A stretch of 50,789 bases of DNA. Origin: a virus. Its lineage: Duplodnaviria; Caudoviricetes. The stretch's first letter is position 1, and each line of letters begins with the position of its first letter. Shown piece after piece: positions 24,628-34,279 of the stretch. The stretch lies in IMG/VR virus record IMGVR_UViG_3300037457_000049, positions 1-50,789 of that record; one strand, given 5' to 3'. Position numbers and translations under genes: made by a program. Below the pieces are notes generated by a model, which saw nothing but the letters and a program-made list of their open reading frames with translations, ran no database searches and was not told where the DNA came from.

Positions 24628-27409
24628 CCTCGTCATCGGGGTTGAGGCGGAGACCGGCAAGACGGAAGACGGGTTCAGCAAGCTGACCAAGGGCTCCAGC
24701 GCCTACGAGCGGGAGCTGCGGAAGCTGGAGCGGCAGCAGGCCAAGGTCGACGCGGCGATGACCAAGGTCGGCCGGGGGATGCTGGTCGCCGGTGCGGCGA
24801 TCGCAGCCGGGCTCGGGCTGGCGGTGAAGGCCGCCATCGACTGGGAGTCGAGCTGGGCCGGGGTGCTGAAGACGGTTGACGGCACCGATGAGCAGATGGC
24901 TGCGCTGGAGAAGGAGATCCGTGGCCTGACCGCCGTGTTGCCGGCGACCCACGCTGAGATCGCCGCGGTGGCTGAGGCGGCCGGTCAGCTCGGTATCCAG
25001 CGAGAGAACGTGGCCGGCTTCACCAAGGTCATGATCGACATGGGCCAGTCGACCAACCTCGCCGCGACCGACGCGGCCACGGCCTTGGCTCGAATGATGA
25101 ACATCATGGCGACCGCGCCGGAGGATGTTGACCGGCTCGGGTCGACGATCGTGGACCTGGGTAACAAGTCGGCGACCACCGAGGCTGAGATCGTGAGCAT
25201 GGCGCTGCGGCTTGCCGGCGCCGGTAACCAGATCGGCCTGACTGAGGCCGACGTCCTCAGCTTCGCGGCGGCGCTGTCCAGCGTGGGTATTCCGGCCCAA
25301 GCCGGCGGTACCGCGGTCAGCCGCGTGTTCCTGGAAATCGACTCCGCGGTGCGGGCCGGCGGTGACGCCCTGGATGTGTTTGCCCGCACGGCCGGGATGA
25401 CCGCGGAGCAGTTCGTCCGGGCCTACCAGCAGGACGCGGCCGGCGCGATCGCCAGCTTCGTGACCGGGCTCGGCCGTATCCAGGCCGAAGGCGGCGACGT
25501 CAACGCGGTGCTGGCCCAGCTGGGGCTGACCGAGATCCGGGTCTCGGACGCGCTGCGCCGGCTGTCCGGCTCGGGTGACCTGCTCACCCGCTCGCTTAAG
25601 ACCGGATCCCAGGCCTGGCAGGAGAACACGGCACTGACTGAGGAGGCCGAGCGCCGGTACGGCACCGTTGAGGCTCGGCTGGCCATCGCACGCAACCAGG
25701 TCCAAGACTTCGCGATCAGCATGGGCCAGACGTTCCTGCCGGCGGTCGGCGCAGCGGCGGACAAAACCGCTGCGCTGGCTGGGGTCATCGGCGGCCTGCC
25801 GGGGCCACTACGGACCATGCTGGCGGTGCTCGCGCTGCTGACCGCCGGGTTGCTGCTGGCAGGCGGCACGGCGTTGATAGCCGTGCCGAAGATTCACCAG
25901 TTCCGTCAGGCCATGGACCAGATCGCCGCCAGCGGCGGCCGGGCCGCGGTCGCGGTCGGTGCCTTCCGGTCCGTGTCCGGTGGGGTGACGTCGTTCCTGG
26001 CCGGGCCGTGGGGTATCGCGCTGGGGGTGGCGGTCACCGCGTTGAGTGCCTACGCGGTCAGTCAGGCCAACGCCCGGGCGAAGGTCAAGGACCTGTCGAC
26101 CACGCTGGACGACCAGACCGGGGCAGTCACCGACAACACTCGGGTCTGGTTGGCCAACGAGCTCGCGAACCGTAAGGCCACCGGCGTGTTCAGCGTGTCG
26201 GGGCGTGAGCTGAACGACTTCACTCAGAACCTGGAGCGGGCGAACGTCGGGATGGACGTGGCCGTCGACGCGGCACTCGGCGAGGCGGCCGCTCTCGACT
26301 TCCTGAACCAGCGGCTTGAGGCTGCCAAGCGTCACGAGGAGGAGCTGGGCGAGGGGATCGGCCTGGCCAGCTCTGAGCGGGGCAAGGCCCGGGCTGCGGC
26401 TGACTCCCAGCGGCGCGCCATCGAGGAGATCATCGAGGTTGTCCAGGATGAGGGCGCCCGGGTCGGCGACGCTCAGAAGCTGCACGAGCTGCTGAACCAG
26501 GCCCGGGGTGAGGGTGCCGACAGTGCCCGGGAGCTGACCGAGCAGGAGCAGCGGCTGGTGGGCGCGTTTGAGGTGACCGCCGAAACCGCCGGGGATCTGG
26601 CGGAGGGCATCAAGGAGCTAGACGAGGCGCTCGATGCCCTGTTCGTCGGCCTGTTCGACGTCGAGGAGGCTCAGGACGCCGCGGCCAACGCGATGCGGCG
26701 GCTGACCGAGGAGGCTGCCGAAAACGGGGCGAAGCTGGACGGCAACGGCGAGGCCGCGCTGTCCAACCGGGACAACGTGCGGGCGTTGATCCGGTCACAC
26801 CTGGATGTCATTTCCACGATGGCTGAGGCTGGCGTCGGCGCTGATGAGTTGACCACGGAGACGGAGAAGTTGCGCCGTAAGTTCGTCGAGCAGATGCGCC
26901 AGGCCGGGTTCAGCGAGAAGGCGATCGAGCGCTACGCCGAGGCGTACGACCAGATCCCGAGCGCCGTGTCGACGTCGATCCGCACGCCGGGCCTGACCGC
27001 GGCCGAACGCAACGCCCGCAACCTGAAGTTCGCGCTGGACCGGATTCCCCGCCGGGTCGACATAGACATACACCAGTCGATCACAGCGCCGGTCGGCTCT
27101 CAGCGGGTCGGCTTCCAGCACGGTGGCGAGGTTCACGGCCCGGAGGGCGCCGACCGGGTGCCGGCGATGCTCACGAACCGCGAGTTTGTGGTCCGGCAGC
27201 CGGTCGCTCAGGCGAACCGGGCCGCGCTGCTGGCACTCAACGCGACCGGCCGCTGGCCGGTCGGCGGCGCGGGTGGAGAACGGGAGATCACCATCCGTTT
27301 CGACGGTGGACCCCATGCCGACTCCCGGCTGGCGGACCTGGTGACCTGGGCAGTCCGGCACAAGATGCTGGTCAGCGACTCATTCCGCAGCGACGTCCGC
27401 GGGCGTTAG
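24605..27409 (+). CDS. Tape measure protein
   Basis: 934 aa, Ala-rich helical, AIDWESSWAGV core, hydrophobic middle segment; RBS GAGGAGG. Confidence 0.95.
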   Translation: MPGTMRRDLVIGVEAETGKTEDGFSKLTKGSSAYERELRKLERQQAKVDAAMTKVGRGMLVAGAAIAAGLGLAVKAAIDWESSWAGVLKTVDGTDEQMAALEKEIRGLTAVLPATHAEIAAVAEAAGQLGIQRENVAGFTKVMIDMGQSTNLAATDAATALARMMNIMATAPEDVDRLGSTIVDLGNKSATTEAEIVSMALRLAGAGNQIGLTEADVLSFAAALSSVGIPAQAGGTAVSRVFLEIDSAVRAGGDALDVFARTAGMTAEQFVRAYQQDAAGAIASFVTGLGRIQAEGGDVNAVLAQLGLTEIRVSDALRRLSGSGDLLTRSLKTGSQAWQENTALTEEAERRYGTVEARLAIARNQVQDFAISMGQTFLPAVGAAADKTAALAGVIGGLPGPLRTMLAVLALLTAGLLLAGGTALIAVPKIHQFRQAMDQIAASGGRAAVAVGAFRSVSGGVTSFLAGPWGIALGVAVTALSAYAVSQANARAKVKDLSTTLDDQTGAVTDNTRVWLANELANRKATGVFSVSGRELNDFTQNLERANVGMDVAVDAALGEAAALDFLNQRLEAAKRHEEELGEGIGLASSERGKARAAADSQRRAIEEIIEVVQDEGARVGDAQKLHELLNQARGEGADSARELTEQEQRLVGAFEVTAETAGDLAEGIKELDEALDALFVGLFDVEEAQDAAANAMRRLTEEAAENGAKLDGNGEAALSNRDNVRALIRSHLDVISTMAEAGVGADELTTETEKLRRKFVEQMRQAGFSEKAIERYAEAYDQIPSAVSTSIRTPGLTAAERNARNLKFALDRIPRRVDIDIHQSITAPVGSQRVGFQHGGEVHGPEGADRVPAMLTNREFVVRQPVAQANRAALLALNATGRWPVGGAGGEREITIRFDGGPHADSRLADLVTWAVRHKMLVSDSFRSDVRGR

Positions 27410-27651
27410 TCCCGCTGGCGAAGCTGCCAGTTGACCGCACCCGCGGCGAGCAGCCCGGCCGCCAGCGACCCGCCGACGATCACGAACGCCATCCCGAGGT
27501 TTGCCCACACCGGGCTGTAGCCGGTGGAGTCGGGGTCCGCGGCAGTGGCCACGGCGATCACCCCGCCGATCAGGGCGGCGACGGCGAGGAACCAGCCCAT
27601 GGTCATCCACGGGTTGGCGGTGGTGGTGGTGGGACTCTGCGTGGTGGTCAT
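27406..27651 (-). CDS. Two-TM membrane protein, antisense moron with own leaderless promoter
   Basis: Two hydrophobic helices; -10 TACCAT (27664-27659) 7 nt before ATG. Confidence 0.75.
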   Translation of the reverse strand: MTTTQSPTTTTANPWMTMGWFLAVAALIGGVIAVATAADPDSTGYSPVWANLGMAFVIVGGSLAAGLLAAGAVNWQLRQRD

Positions 27652-27707
27652 GCCCCGGATGGTACGGCCACCGGTCCAGCCCGGCGAATCGATCTAGGAG
27701 GTGTGGC

Positions 27708-28199
27708 GTGAGTCCGACACCGCTCGCGGCCACCACCCGCTACATCGCCGCCGGGCAAACCCGGATCTACTGGGTGGAGTCGATCGCCGTTCTGGCGTGG
27801 CCGACCCGCGCGGAGGTCGACGCCGGTATCGACCTGACCGGCCAGGTCGCCACGGTGGTCGGATGGCACGTGCGCCGCCGCGTCCGCTCCGGCCAGGCGT
27901 ACCGCGACGACTTCGAAGTGCAGCTGCACGGGTCGCTGTTCGTGGATGATTCCCGGCTGGTGTTCTACGGCGACCGGACCGGTGGGGATGTCTCCGCGGC
28001 CCTGCCGGAGGGTACGAAAGGTCACGTGCTGTACCTGTATGGCGGGGATGTGGCGGACAACCCGATGGATGTGTGGCCCGTTCGGGTGGCCGCGCTGGGC
28101 CGGGGGATTGAGCTGGGTGACGACCCGGCGCGGATCGACATGCAGTTCACCGTGCGGGGCACGCCTGCGCTCGGGCGTCCCGTTCCGGCGGTGGCGTGA
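27708..28199 (+). CDS. Second tail-tube-protein paralogue
   Basis: Aligns by eye end to end with 23244-23747; RBS AGGAGG. Confidence 0.8.
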   Translation: MSPTPLAATTRYIAAGQTRIYWVESIAVLAWPTRAEVDAGIDLTGQVATVVGWHVRRRVRSGQAYRDDFEVQLHGSLFVDDSRLVFYGDRTGGDVSAALPEGTKGHVLYLYGGDVADNPMDVWPVRVAALGRGIELGDDPARIDMQFTVRGTPALGRPVPAVA

Positions 28200-31006
28200 T
28201 GGCCGAGCTGACCACACGGACCGTCGAGATCTTCTACGGCGGGCAGTGGCATGACATCACCGCCGACACCAAGGAGGAGGACCCGGCCCAGACCACCCGC
28301 GGGATCGCCAACGAGGGCGGTTCGGCCGACGCCGGCTCGCTCGGACTGACCTTGTGGAACGGCGAGAGCAACGTCAACCCGGCGGTCAGCAACCGGTACG
28401 CCACGCGTAACCCGCTGTCCGACCTGTTCGGGCTGATCGGGCCGAACACGCCGGTGCGGCTGTCGGCCGGGCTGGTCGGGGACACGCCGACGGTGCGCAC
28501 GGTGCAGGAGGTGGCGTCCTGGCCGCCGCGGTGGGACGTGTCTGAGCGTGACCGGTGGGTGCCTTTGCAGGCCGCCGGGGTGCTGCGCCGGCTGGGGGTG
28601 GCGAGCTCGCCGGTCCAGTCGGCGCTGCGCCGCTACTTCCTGGCCATGAGAGAGCGGCTGCACGCCTACCTGCCGCTGGAGGACGGGACGGACACCCGCC
28701 GGACCACCAACCTGGTGCCCAGCCAGACCGGGATCGCCTACGTGGCGCCGCGGCCCGAGTTCGCCCAGGACGCGACCCTGCTAGGTTCGGACCCGCTGCC
28801 CGAGTGGCCGGTCAGCGGCTACTTCGGGTGGGGGACGGGCGGCTCGGTCGCCCCGCACGGGCCACCATGGGCGGTGTACGTCGTGTTCCGCGCGCCAGCC
28901 GGCTCCGGTGAGTGCTGGCTGTGCGAGTGGAAGACGGACGGGGAGGATACCGACTGGTCGCTCAAGATCAGCTCAGGTGGCAAGCTGCAGGTGGTCACGG
29001 ACAACGATGGCGCCACCGGTGTCACCCACACCAGCACAGCGGCCAACGTAGACGACGGCGAATGGCAGCTAGGCGGGGTGGTGGTCTACAACGACCCGGA
29101 CTCGCCCGGCACCCAGATCGTTGAGCTGCTGGCGCGCGGGAGTTGGGAGGCGTTCGCCTCCGGCGCCCCGGTCGGCCGGGTCACCCGCATCCGTCCCCGG
29201 CCGCTGTTCGCGTCCCCGTCCGGCAAGGATCCGGTTGGGTTGGGCCACATGGCGGTTGCGTCCGACCCGAACCACTTCAAGCTGATCCAGCCGACGTTTG
29301 ATCTAGCCCCGGGGGTCGTCTCCCCGATTGAGGGCTGGGCCGGTGAGACGGCGCTGGACCGCACGGAGCGGCTGTGCCTGGACGAAGGGCTGAGCCTGAC
29401 CTTCGGCGCGCGGGTGGCCGTGGACACGTTTGACCGCACGGAGTCATCCGGCTGGGGCACCGGCTGGACCACGTCCGGCGGCGACGCGGCCGACTACGCG
29501 GTCAGCCCCGGTGAGGCGACGATCGACGTCGACACCCTGGAGTCGGGCCGGGAGTGCATCCTGGCCGTGTCCGTGCAGGACTTCGACAAGACGGTCCTGG
29601 TCCGGGTCGCCGACGTGCTCACCGGCGGTCCCGGTGACCTGATGTTCGCTGCGATCGTGGCCAGGGCGCTCGACGCGAACAACCGGTACAGCTTCTCGGG
29701 ACGGTTCTTCACCGGCGGCACGGTCTCAGGGTCCATCTCGGCCACGGTGGGCGGCATCGCCACCCTGCTGGCGCTGACCGGCGTGGACGGCAGCGTCGCG
29801 TATGACGACACGACGGTGATCGCCATCCGGGCACAGGGCCGCGGCAGCGTGCTGCGGATGAAGCTTTGGGACGCGGCCGGTCCCCAGCCGTCCAACTGGT
29901 CGGGGGAGGCGGTCGACTCGTCACTGCTGGCGGCCGGCGCGGTCGGCGTGCGGACGTCGCTGACCGCTGGCATCACCAACACGCTGCCGGTGACGTTGGC
30001 GGTCTCCGGGGTCTCGGTCGGTACGGCTCCGGAGTCGGCGATGATGGGTCCGCAGCAGCCGGGGGAGTTCCTGGGCGTGCTGGGCGAGTGCGCGAAGGTT
30101 GAGGCGGCCGGCAGCCGCGCGCCGATCCTGGTGGAGCAGCAGGCCGCGGCCGGGCTGCACTTCAACGCGTTGACGTCCCTCTACCTGCCACGTACGGCGG
30201 ACCTGACGCTGGACTGGGCTGAGGCCCATGTCTCGCCGCCGTTCGAAGTGACGCCGGATGATTTCGGGTTGGCGAACGACGTGACCGCCGGCCGGCCGGA
30301 CGGTGGGGAGCACCGGACGGTCATCACCACCGGCCCGCGCGGGGTCACCAGCGCCGGGCGGGTGGCGAAGCGGGAGCTGTTCGAGGTGGCGTCCGACGTG
30401 CAGCTGGCGTCCGTGTCCGGCTGGTGGGCGTGGCACGGCACCTGGGATGAGGACCGGTACCCGACCATCCGCATCAACATGCGCTCGCTTTCGCTGCGGG
30501 CGGACGGGGCGGCGCTGCTCGCCGCCGTCCAGGCACTGACCGAGGGCGCGCTGATCGTCATCGCCAACCCACCGGCCGGCATGCCCGCCGAGCAGATAGA
30601 GCAGATCGTCCTCGGCATCACCGAGACGATCACCGTGGATGAGTGGCTGATCGATCTGCACACCACCGCCGCCCGGCCGTTCCTGGTCGCCGTCATCGGC
30701 GACCAGACCTACGGCATCACCGGCTCGGACTCGACCACGCTGGGCGAGGCGTTGGACACCACCGAGACCGGCGTCGACATCGACTGTGGCGCCGGCGATG
30801 ACTGGGTCCACGAGGGCGTCGACTACGACATCAAGATCGGCGGGGAGCGGATGACCGTGACCGCCGCGGGTGCGGCCAGCGGAGCCTTCCCGAACCGCAC
30901 CCAGACGCTGACCGTGGTCCGCTCAGTGAACGGCATCGTCAAGGCGCACGCCACCGCCGCGCCGGTGGAGATGTGGCACCAGACCGTGATAGGACCCTGG
31001 GGGTAG
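28196..31006 (+). CDS. Large minor tail / tail-tip hub protein with LamG-like insert
   Basis: GQWHDIT, AYLPLEDG, DDGEWQ, NDVTA.R, YPTI.IN, GERMTVTA. Confidence 0.8.
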   Translation: MMAELTTRTVEIFYGGQWHDITADTKEEDPAQTTRGIANEGGSADAGSLGLTLWNGESNVNPAVSNRYATRNPLSDLFGLIGPNTPVRLSAGLVGDTPTVRTVQEVASWPPRWDVSERDRWVPLQAAGVLRRLGVASSPVQSALRRYFLAMRERLHAYLPLEDGTDTRRTTNLVPSQTGIAYVAPRPEFAQDATLLGSDPLPEWPVSGYFGWGTGGSVAPHGPPWAVYVVFRAPAGSGECWLCEWKTDGEDTDWSLKISSGGKLQVVTDNDGATGVTHTSTAANVDDGEWQLGGVVVYNDPDSPGTQIVELLARGSWEAFASGAPVGRVTRIRPRPLFASPSGKDPVGLGHMAVASDPNHFKLIQPTFDLAPGVVSPIEGWAGETALDRTERLCLDEGLSLTFGARVAVDTFDRTESSGWGTGWTTSGGDAADYAVSPGEATIDVDTLESGRECILAVSVQDFDKTVLVRVADVLTGGPGDLMFAAIVARALDANNRYSFSGRFFTGGTVSGSISATVGGIATLLALTGVDGSVAYDDTTVIAIRAQGRGSVLRMKLWDAAGPQPSNWSGEAVDSSLLAAGAVGVRTSLTAGITNTLPVTLAVSGVSVGTAPESAMMGPQQPGEFLGVLGECAKVEAAGSRAPILVEQQAAAGLHFNALTSLYLPRTADLTLDWAEAHVSPPFEVTPDDFGLANDVTAGRPDGGEHRTVITTGPRGVTSAGRVAKRELFEVASDVQLASVSGWWAWHGTWDEDRYPTIRINMRSLSLRADGAALLAAVQALTEGALIVIANPPAGMPAEQIEQIVLGITETITVDEWLIDLHTTAARPFLVAVIGDQTYGITGSDSTTLGEALDTTETGVDIDCGAGDDWVHEGVDYDIKIGGERMTVTAAGAASGAFPNRTQTLTVVRSVNGIVKAHATAAPVEMWHQTVIGPWG

Positions 31007-31007
31007 C

Positions 31008-31436
31008 ATGGCCGGCACACTCTATGTGGACGGACGCATCCCGGGTCAGCGGATCGCCACGAGCACCGCCACCTCGGACTCGGCCGGGTGGACCACCACC
31101 GAGACGGTCGCGATGACGCTGGTGGTGCCAGCGGTGGGCGGCCGGACGTACAAGCTCGTCGTTGACGCCTCGTACGGGTCGTCTGTCGACGGGGACGTCG
31201 AGTTCGTGCGCATCCGGGAGGACAGCGTGACGGGGACCACGATCCACTCATCCCGGGTGGTGGTCCAGGACGGCGCCGGTGTGCGGGTGCACGCGGAGAC
31301 CGAGTGGACAGCTCCGGGCACCGCCGCGAAGACGTTCGTGTTGACCGGCGAGCGGGAGTCGGGTACCGGAACCGGCCGGGTCGACGCCGGCGCCATCAAC
31401 CCGGCGTATCTGTACGCCGACTACCTGAGCGGGTGA
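31008..31436 (+). CDS. Minor tail protein
   Basis: Thr/Gly-rich beta protein between hub and lysin. Confidence 0.65.
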   Translation: MAGTLYVDGRIPGQRIATSTATSDSAGWTTTETVAMTLVVPAVGGRTYKLVVDASYGSSVDGDVEFVRIREDSVTGTTIHSSRVVVQDGAGVRVHAETEWTAPGTAAKTFVLTGERESGTGTGRVDAGAINPAYLYADYLSG

Positions 31437-31439
31437 GCG

Positions 31440-32498
31440 ATGCGTGCTCTGTGGTTGGTCGACGTGCTCGTCGACGCCGGCTTGCAGGTGGTTCCTCACA
31501 TCGGTTGGCAGACCCGCGGGTGGGAGCCGTGGGCGCCCCAGTACGGGATCGTCCACGCCACCGCCGCACCGGCCAGCCAGGCTGATGAGGATCAGGTGCG
31601 GATTGTCCGCGACGGCCACTCGACGCTGGCCGGGCCGATCGCCAACTGCTGCGTCGACCGGACGGGCCGGTGGCATGTGCTCGCGTCGGGCCGGTGCAAC
31701 ACCGCCCTGACCGGCTGGGCCGGCCCAGCCGCCGGGCTCGGCAACACCAACCTGCTCGGGGTGGAAGCGTGTAACAACAACAACCGGCCAGGGGAGCCGC
31801 CGGAGCCGTGGCCGGCTGTGCAGTACGAGGCGTACGCCCGCGGCTGGGCGGCGATCTGCCGCCGACTGAGCTGGTCGGCTGGCCGGCTGGTCGGGCACAA
31901 GGAGCACCAGCCCGGAGACAAGAGCGACCCGACATTCGGCATGGCCGCCTTCCGTGGCCGGGTCGCCACGCTGATCGAGGGAGACAGCATGTGGAGTGAG
32001 AGCCTGAACCGCGACGGCAGCGGAGCCCAGATCACCGCCCTCGCCGACGACACCCTGCCCGACAACTGGTCGCGGACCGCCGCCGGATTGCAGGGCTACG
32101 CGGCGATGGCCGCGTCACCGATCGGCCGGGCGCGGGCCGCGGCCGACGTGTGGCAGCGTGAGAACCCGACCGCCGGCGCGAGCTACGGGACGCTGCTGAG
32201 GCAGGTCCACGACGGCTCGGCGCCGGGTCAGATCCGGGACCGGGAGCTGCTGGAGGCGGTGCTGGCCGCGGTCACCGGCGGCGACGCGCTGGCCGTGTTG
32301 GCCAGGATCGACCAACACCACCTTGAGGTCAGCATCCGGCTGGCGGAGATGGACACGGCGCGGGAGGTGGCCGAGCGGGCGGCGGCGGCGGAGCGGGCGG
32401 AGCTGGCGGAGCTGGTGCGGCAGGCCACCAGCGGCGAGCGGGACGCGGCCGCGGTGGTGGACGAGATCGGCCGGCGGCTGGCCCCGGCGCCGGCCTGA
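31440..32498 (+). CDS. Endolysin, N-acetylmuramoyl-L-alanine amidase (Amidase_2 type)
   Basis: GWQTRG, IVHATA, GVEACN, GHKE...KSDP. Confidence 0.9.
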   Translation: MRALWLVDVLVDAGLQVVPHIGWQTRGWEPWAPQYGIVHATAAPASQADEDQVRIVRDGHSTLAGPIANCCVDRTGRWHVLASGRCNTALTGWAGPAAGLGNTNLLGVEACNNNNRPGEPPEPWPAVQYEAYARGWAAICRRLSWSAGRLVGHKEHQPGDKSDPTFGMAAFRGRVATLIEGDSMWSESLNRDGSGAQITALADDTLPDNWSRTAAGLQGYAAMAASPIGRARAAADVWQRENPTAGASYGTLLRQVHDGSAPGQIRDRELLEAVLAAVTGGDALAVLARIDQHHLEVSIRLAEMDTAREVAERAAAAERAELAELVRQATSGERDAAAVVDEIGRRLAPAPA

Positions 32499-32512
32499 GC
32501 ATGGGGGTAGGC

Positions 32513-32860
32513 ATGAGCGCGGCTGACGACGACTACCGGCGGGGCCACCTGGCCGGCGGGATCGCCGAGCGGCTGGACTCGCACGATCGGCATTTCGCCG
32601 CCATCAATGGCTCGCTGGAGAAGATCTTTTCCGAGCTGCACGCGACCCGGCTGGCGATGCAGCGCATGGCCGATCAGTCGGTCGCCGACGCCGCGACGGT
32701 GATCACGACCGCTGCGGCGCTGGAGAAGGCTGAGGCGGCGCGCCGCGAGCGGGGCGACCAACGTTGGTCCCCGGTCGCCCGGCTGGCAACCGTGTTCGGT
32801 GCGCTGGCAGCGGTGGCCGGTGCGGTGGCCGCCATCGCCTGGTACCTGTCGCAGAGATGA
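32513..32860 (+). CDS. Lysis-cassette protein (coiled coil + C-terminal TM)
   Basis: C-terminal hydrophobic helix; follows the lysin gene. Confidence 0.7.
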   Translation: MSAADDDYRRGHLAGGIAERLDSHDRHFAAINGSLEKIFSELHATRLAMQRMADQSVADAATVITTAAALEKAEAARRERGDQRWSPVARLATVFGALAAVAGAVAAIAWYLSQR

Positions 32861-32872
32861 GAGGTAGAGGAC

Positions 32873-33115
32873 ATGAGGCGGATACGCAAGCTGTTCGCGG
32901 CGATCCTGGGCGGGCTGACCGGCGGCGCGGTGGTGGGCGTGGCGCGGCTGTTCGGGCTGGAGCTGGAGCCGGAGGTGGCCGGGCTGATGGTGCTGGTCAC
33001 CGCGTCGCTGTCCACCTATCTGGCGCCGGCCAACGAGCCGGCGCTGCCCGCGTTGACCGCGCACGAGCTGCGGGGCATGGCGGACCGGGCGGCGCGTCAG
33101 GAGGCCCAGCGGTGA
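32873..33115 (+). CDS. Holin-like protein
   Basis: Basic N-terminus, two TM segments, YLAPAN. Confidence 0.7.
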   Translation: MRRIRKLFAAILGGLTGGAVVGVARLFGLELEPEVAGLMVLVTASLSTYLAPANEPALPALTAHELRGMADRAARQEAQR

Positions 33116-33426
33116 GCGAGCCGACCGACTACCAGCCCAACGATGACGGCGGCGGTATGGAGCTGGTCATGCCGTTCGTGGTCTGCCAGTCCAAGGGCGG
33201 CCCGTACGACGATTCGGCGTTCGCGGCCGGCTGGCAAGCTGGCGCGATCGACCAGGCCCTACAGGTGGCGGCGTCCGGCCCGGCCGTCACACTGCGGTAT
33301 CCGATGGTGCATGCCGCGCTGGTGCCCCAGCTGGAGCTGATCGGGATGAAGCACGGCTGGCCGAAGTTCGAGGCGGTCTCGACCGCTGACGGCTGGTGCG
33401 AAGTGACGTTCACGCGGGAGCGCTGA
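33112..33426 (+). CDS. Hypothetical protein
   Basis: RBS AGGAGG, GTGA overlap; ELVMPFVVCQSKGGPYDD. Confidence 0.7.
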   Translation: MSEPTDYQPNDDGGGMELVMPFVVCQSKGGPYDDSAFAAGWQAGAIDQALQVAASGPAVTLRYPMVHAALVPQLELIGMKHGWPKFEAVSTADGWCEVTFTRER

Positions 33427-33674
33427 TGAGCCCGGCCACCCGTTGGCGGATCGCGTTCCTAGGCCTCACCGGGCTGGTCATCGGCATGGAGATCCTGGCC
33501 GCGTGCGACAGCTCAGCCGACACCGAACCGTGGACCACGCTGATAGTCCGGCACATCCCCGGCGAGGTGACCGCGGCGCTGATCGGCGCGCTCAGCCTCT
33601 GGCTGGGCGCCCACTTCTGGCTGGCCTACCGGCGCAAGCGCGAGCGGGGCCGCGGGACAATAGGACCGAGGTAG
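33426..33674 (+). CDS. Two-TM membrane protein
   Basis: TGATG coupling; two hydrophobic segments and a basic tail. Confidence 0.7.
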   Translation: MSPATRWRIAFLGLTGLVIGMEILAACDSSADTEPWTTLIVRHIPGEVTAALIGALSLWLGAHFWLAYRRKRERGRGTIGPR

Positions 33675-33685
33675 AGGAGAGCAAC

Positions 33686-33898
33686 ATGCGAAAGTTGATC
33701 ATCATCGCGGCGCTGGTCGCCGCCGGCGTCAGCGCCGGCGCCAGCCCGGCGCACGCCGCGCCGATCGAGTGCCCACCCGGGCAGGAGGCGGTGAACCCTC
33801 CCGAGGGCGGGTGGGTATGCCGGAACGGCGGCGGCAACGACAGCAACGCGGAGGATCCGAAGAACCCGAACGCGGACAAGGGTGATTTCCGCCCCTGA
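33686..33898 (+). CDS. Small secreted peptide (signal peptide + 46-aa mature part with 2 Cys)
   Basis: MRK-hydrophobic-PAHA|A; RBS GAGGAG. Confidence 0.75.
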   Translation: MRKLIIIAALVAAGVSAGASPAHAAPIECPPGQEAVNPPEGGWVCRNGGGNDSNAEDPKNPNADKGDFRP

Positions 33899-33950
33899 CC
33901 GAATGGCATAACTGGCTGCGCTGGCGGAGCGCGGCGGGTGGTGGGTGAGT

Positions 33951-33988
33951 GGGAGCCCTCCCGGACTTGGTGGCCCGGGAGGGCTCCC
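33951..33988. terminator. Terminator hairpin between convergent operons
   Basis: Perfect 14-bp stem GGGAGCCCTCCCGG/CCGGGAGGGCTCCC. Confidence 0.75.
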
Positions 33989-34000
33989 CTCCGTCGTGTC

Positions 34001-34240
34001 CTAGTCGCACCCGCACGGACACCCGCGGGTGACGCCCTGCAGGTGGCCGTGCCGACGCGCCCACATCTCGTACTCGTGCCGGTGCGCCAGGTCGCCCTGG
34101 CGCTGCTGCATGTACCGGTGAGCCGCCCGGTCCTCATACGTTCCACCGGCTGGTGCCGCTGGTGCGGGGGTGAACCACGGCTGGTCCGGCGGGTCCATCG
34201 CGAAACCGCCATCCGGGTTGTATCCGCTGATCGTGATCAT
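34001..34240 (-). CDS. Hypothetical protein
   Basis: RBS GAGGAG on the minus strand. Confidence 0.65.
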   Translation of the reverse strand: MITISGYNPDGGFAMDPPDQPWFTPAPAAPAGGTYEDRAAHRYMQQRQGDLAHRHEYEMWARRHGHLQGVTRGCPCGCD

Positions 34241-34279
34241 GTCTGCTCCTCTGGTCGGTTGGGTCGGGGCCGGTTCGGG

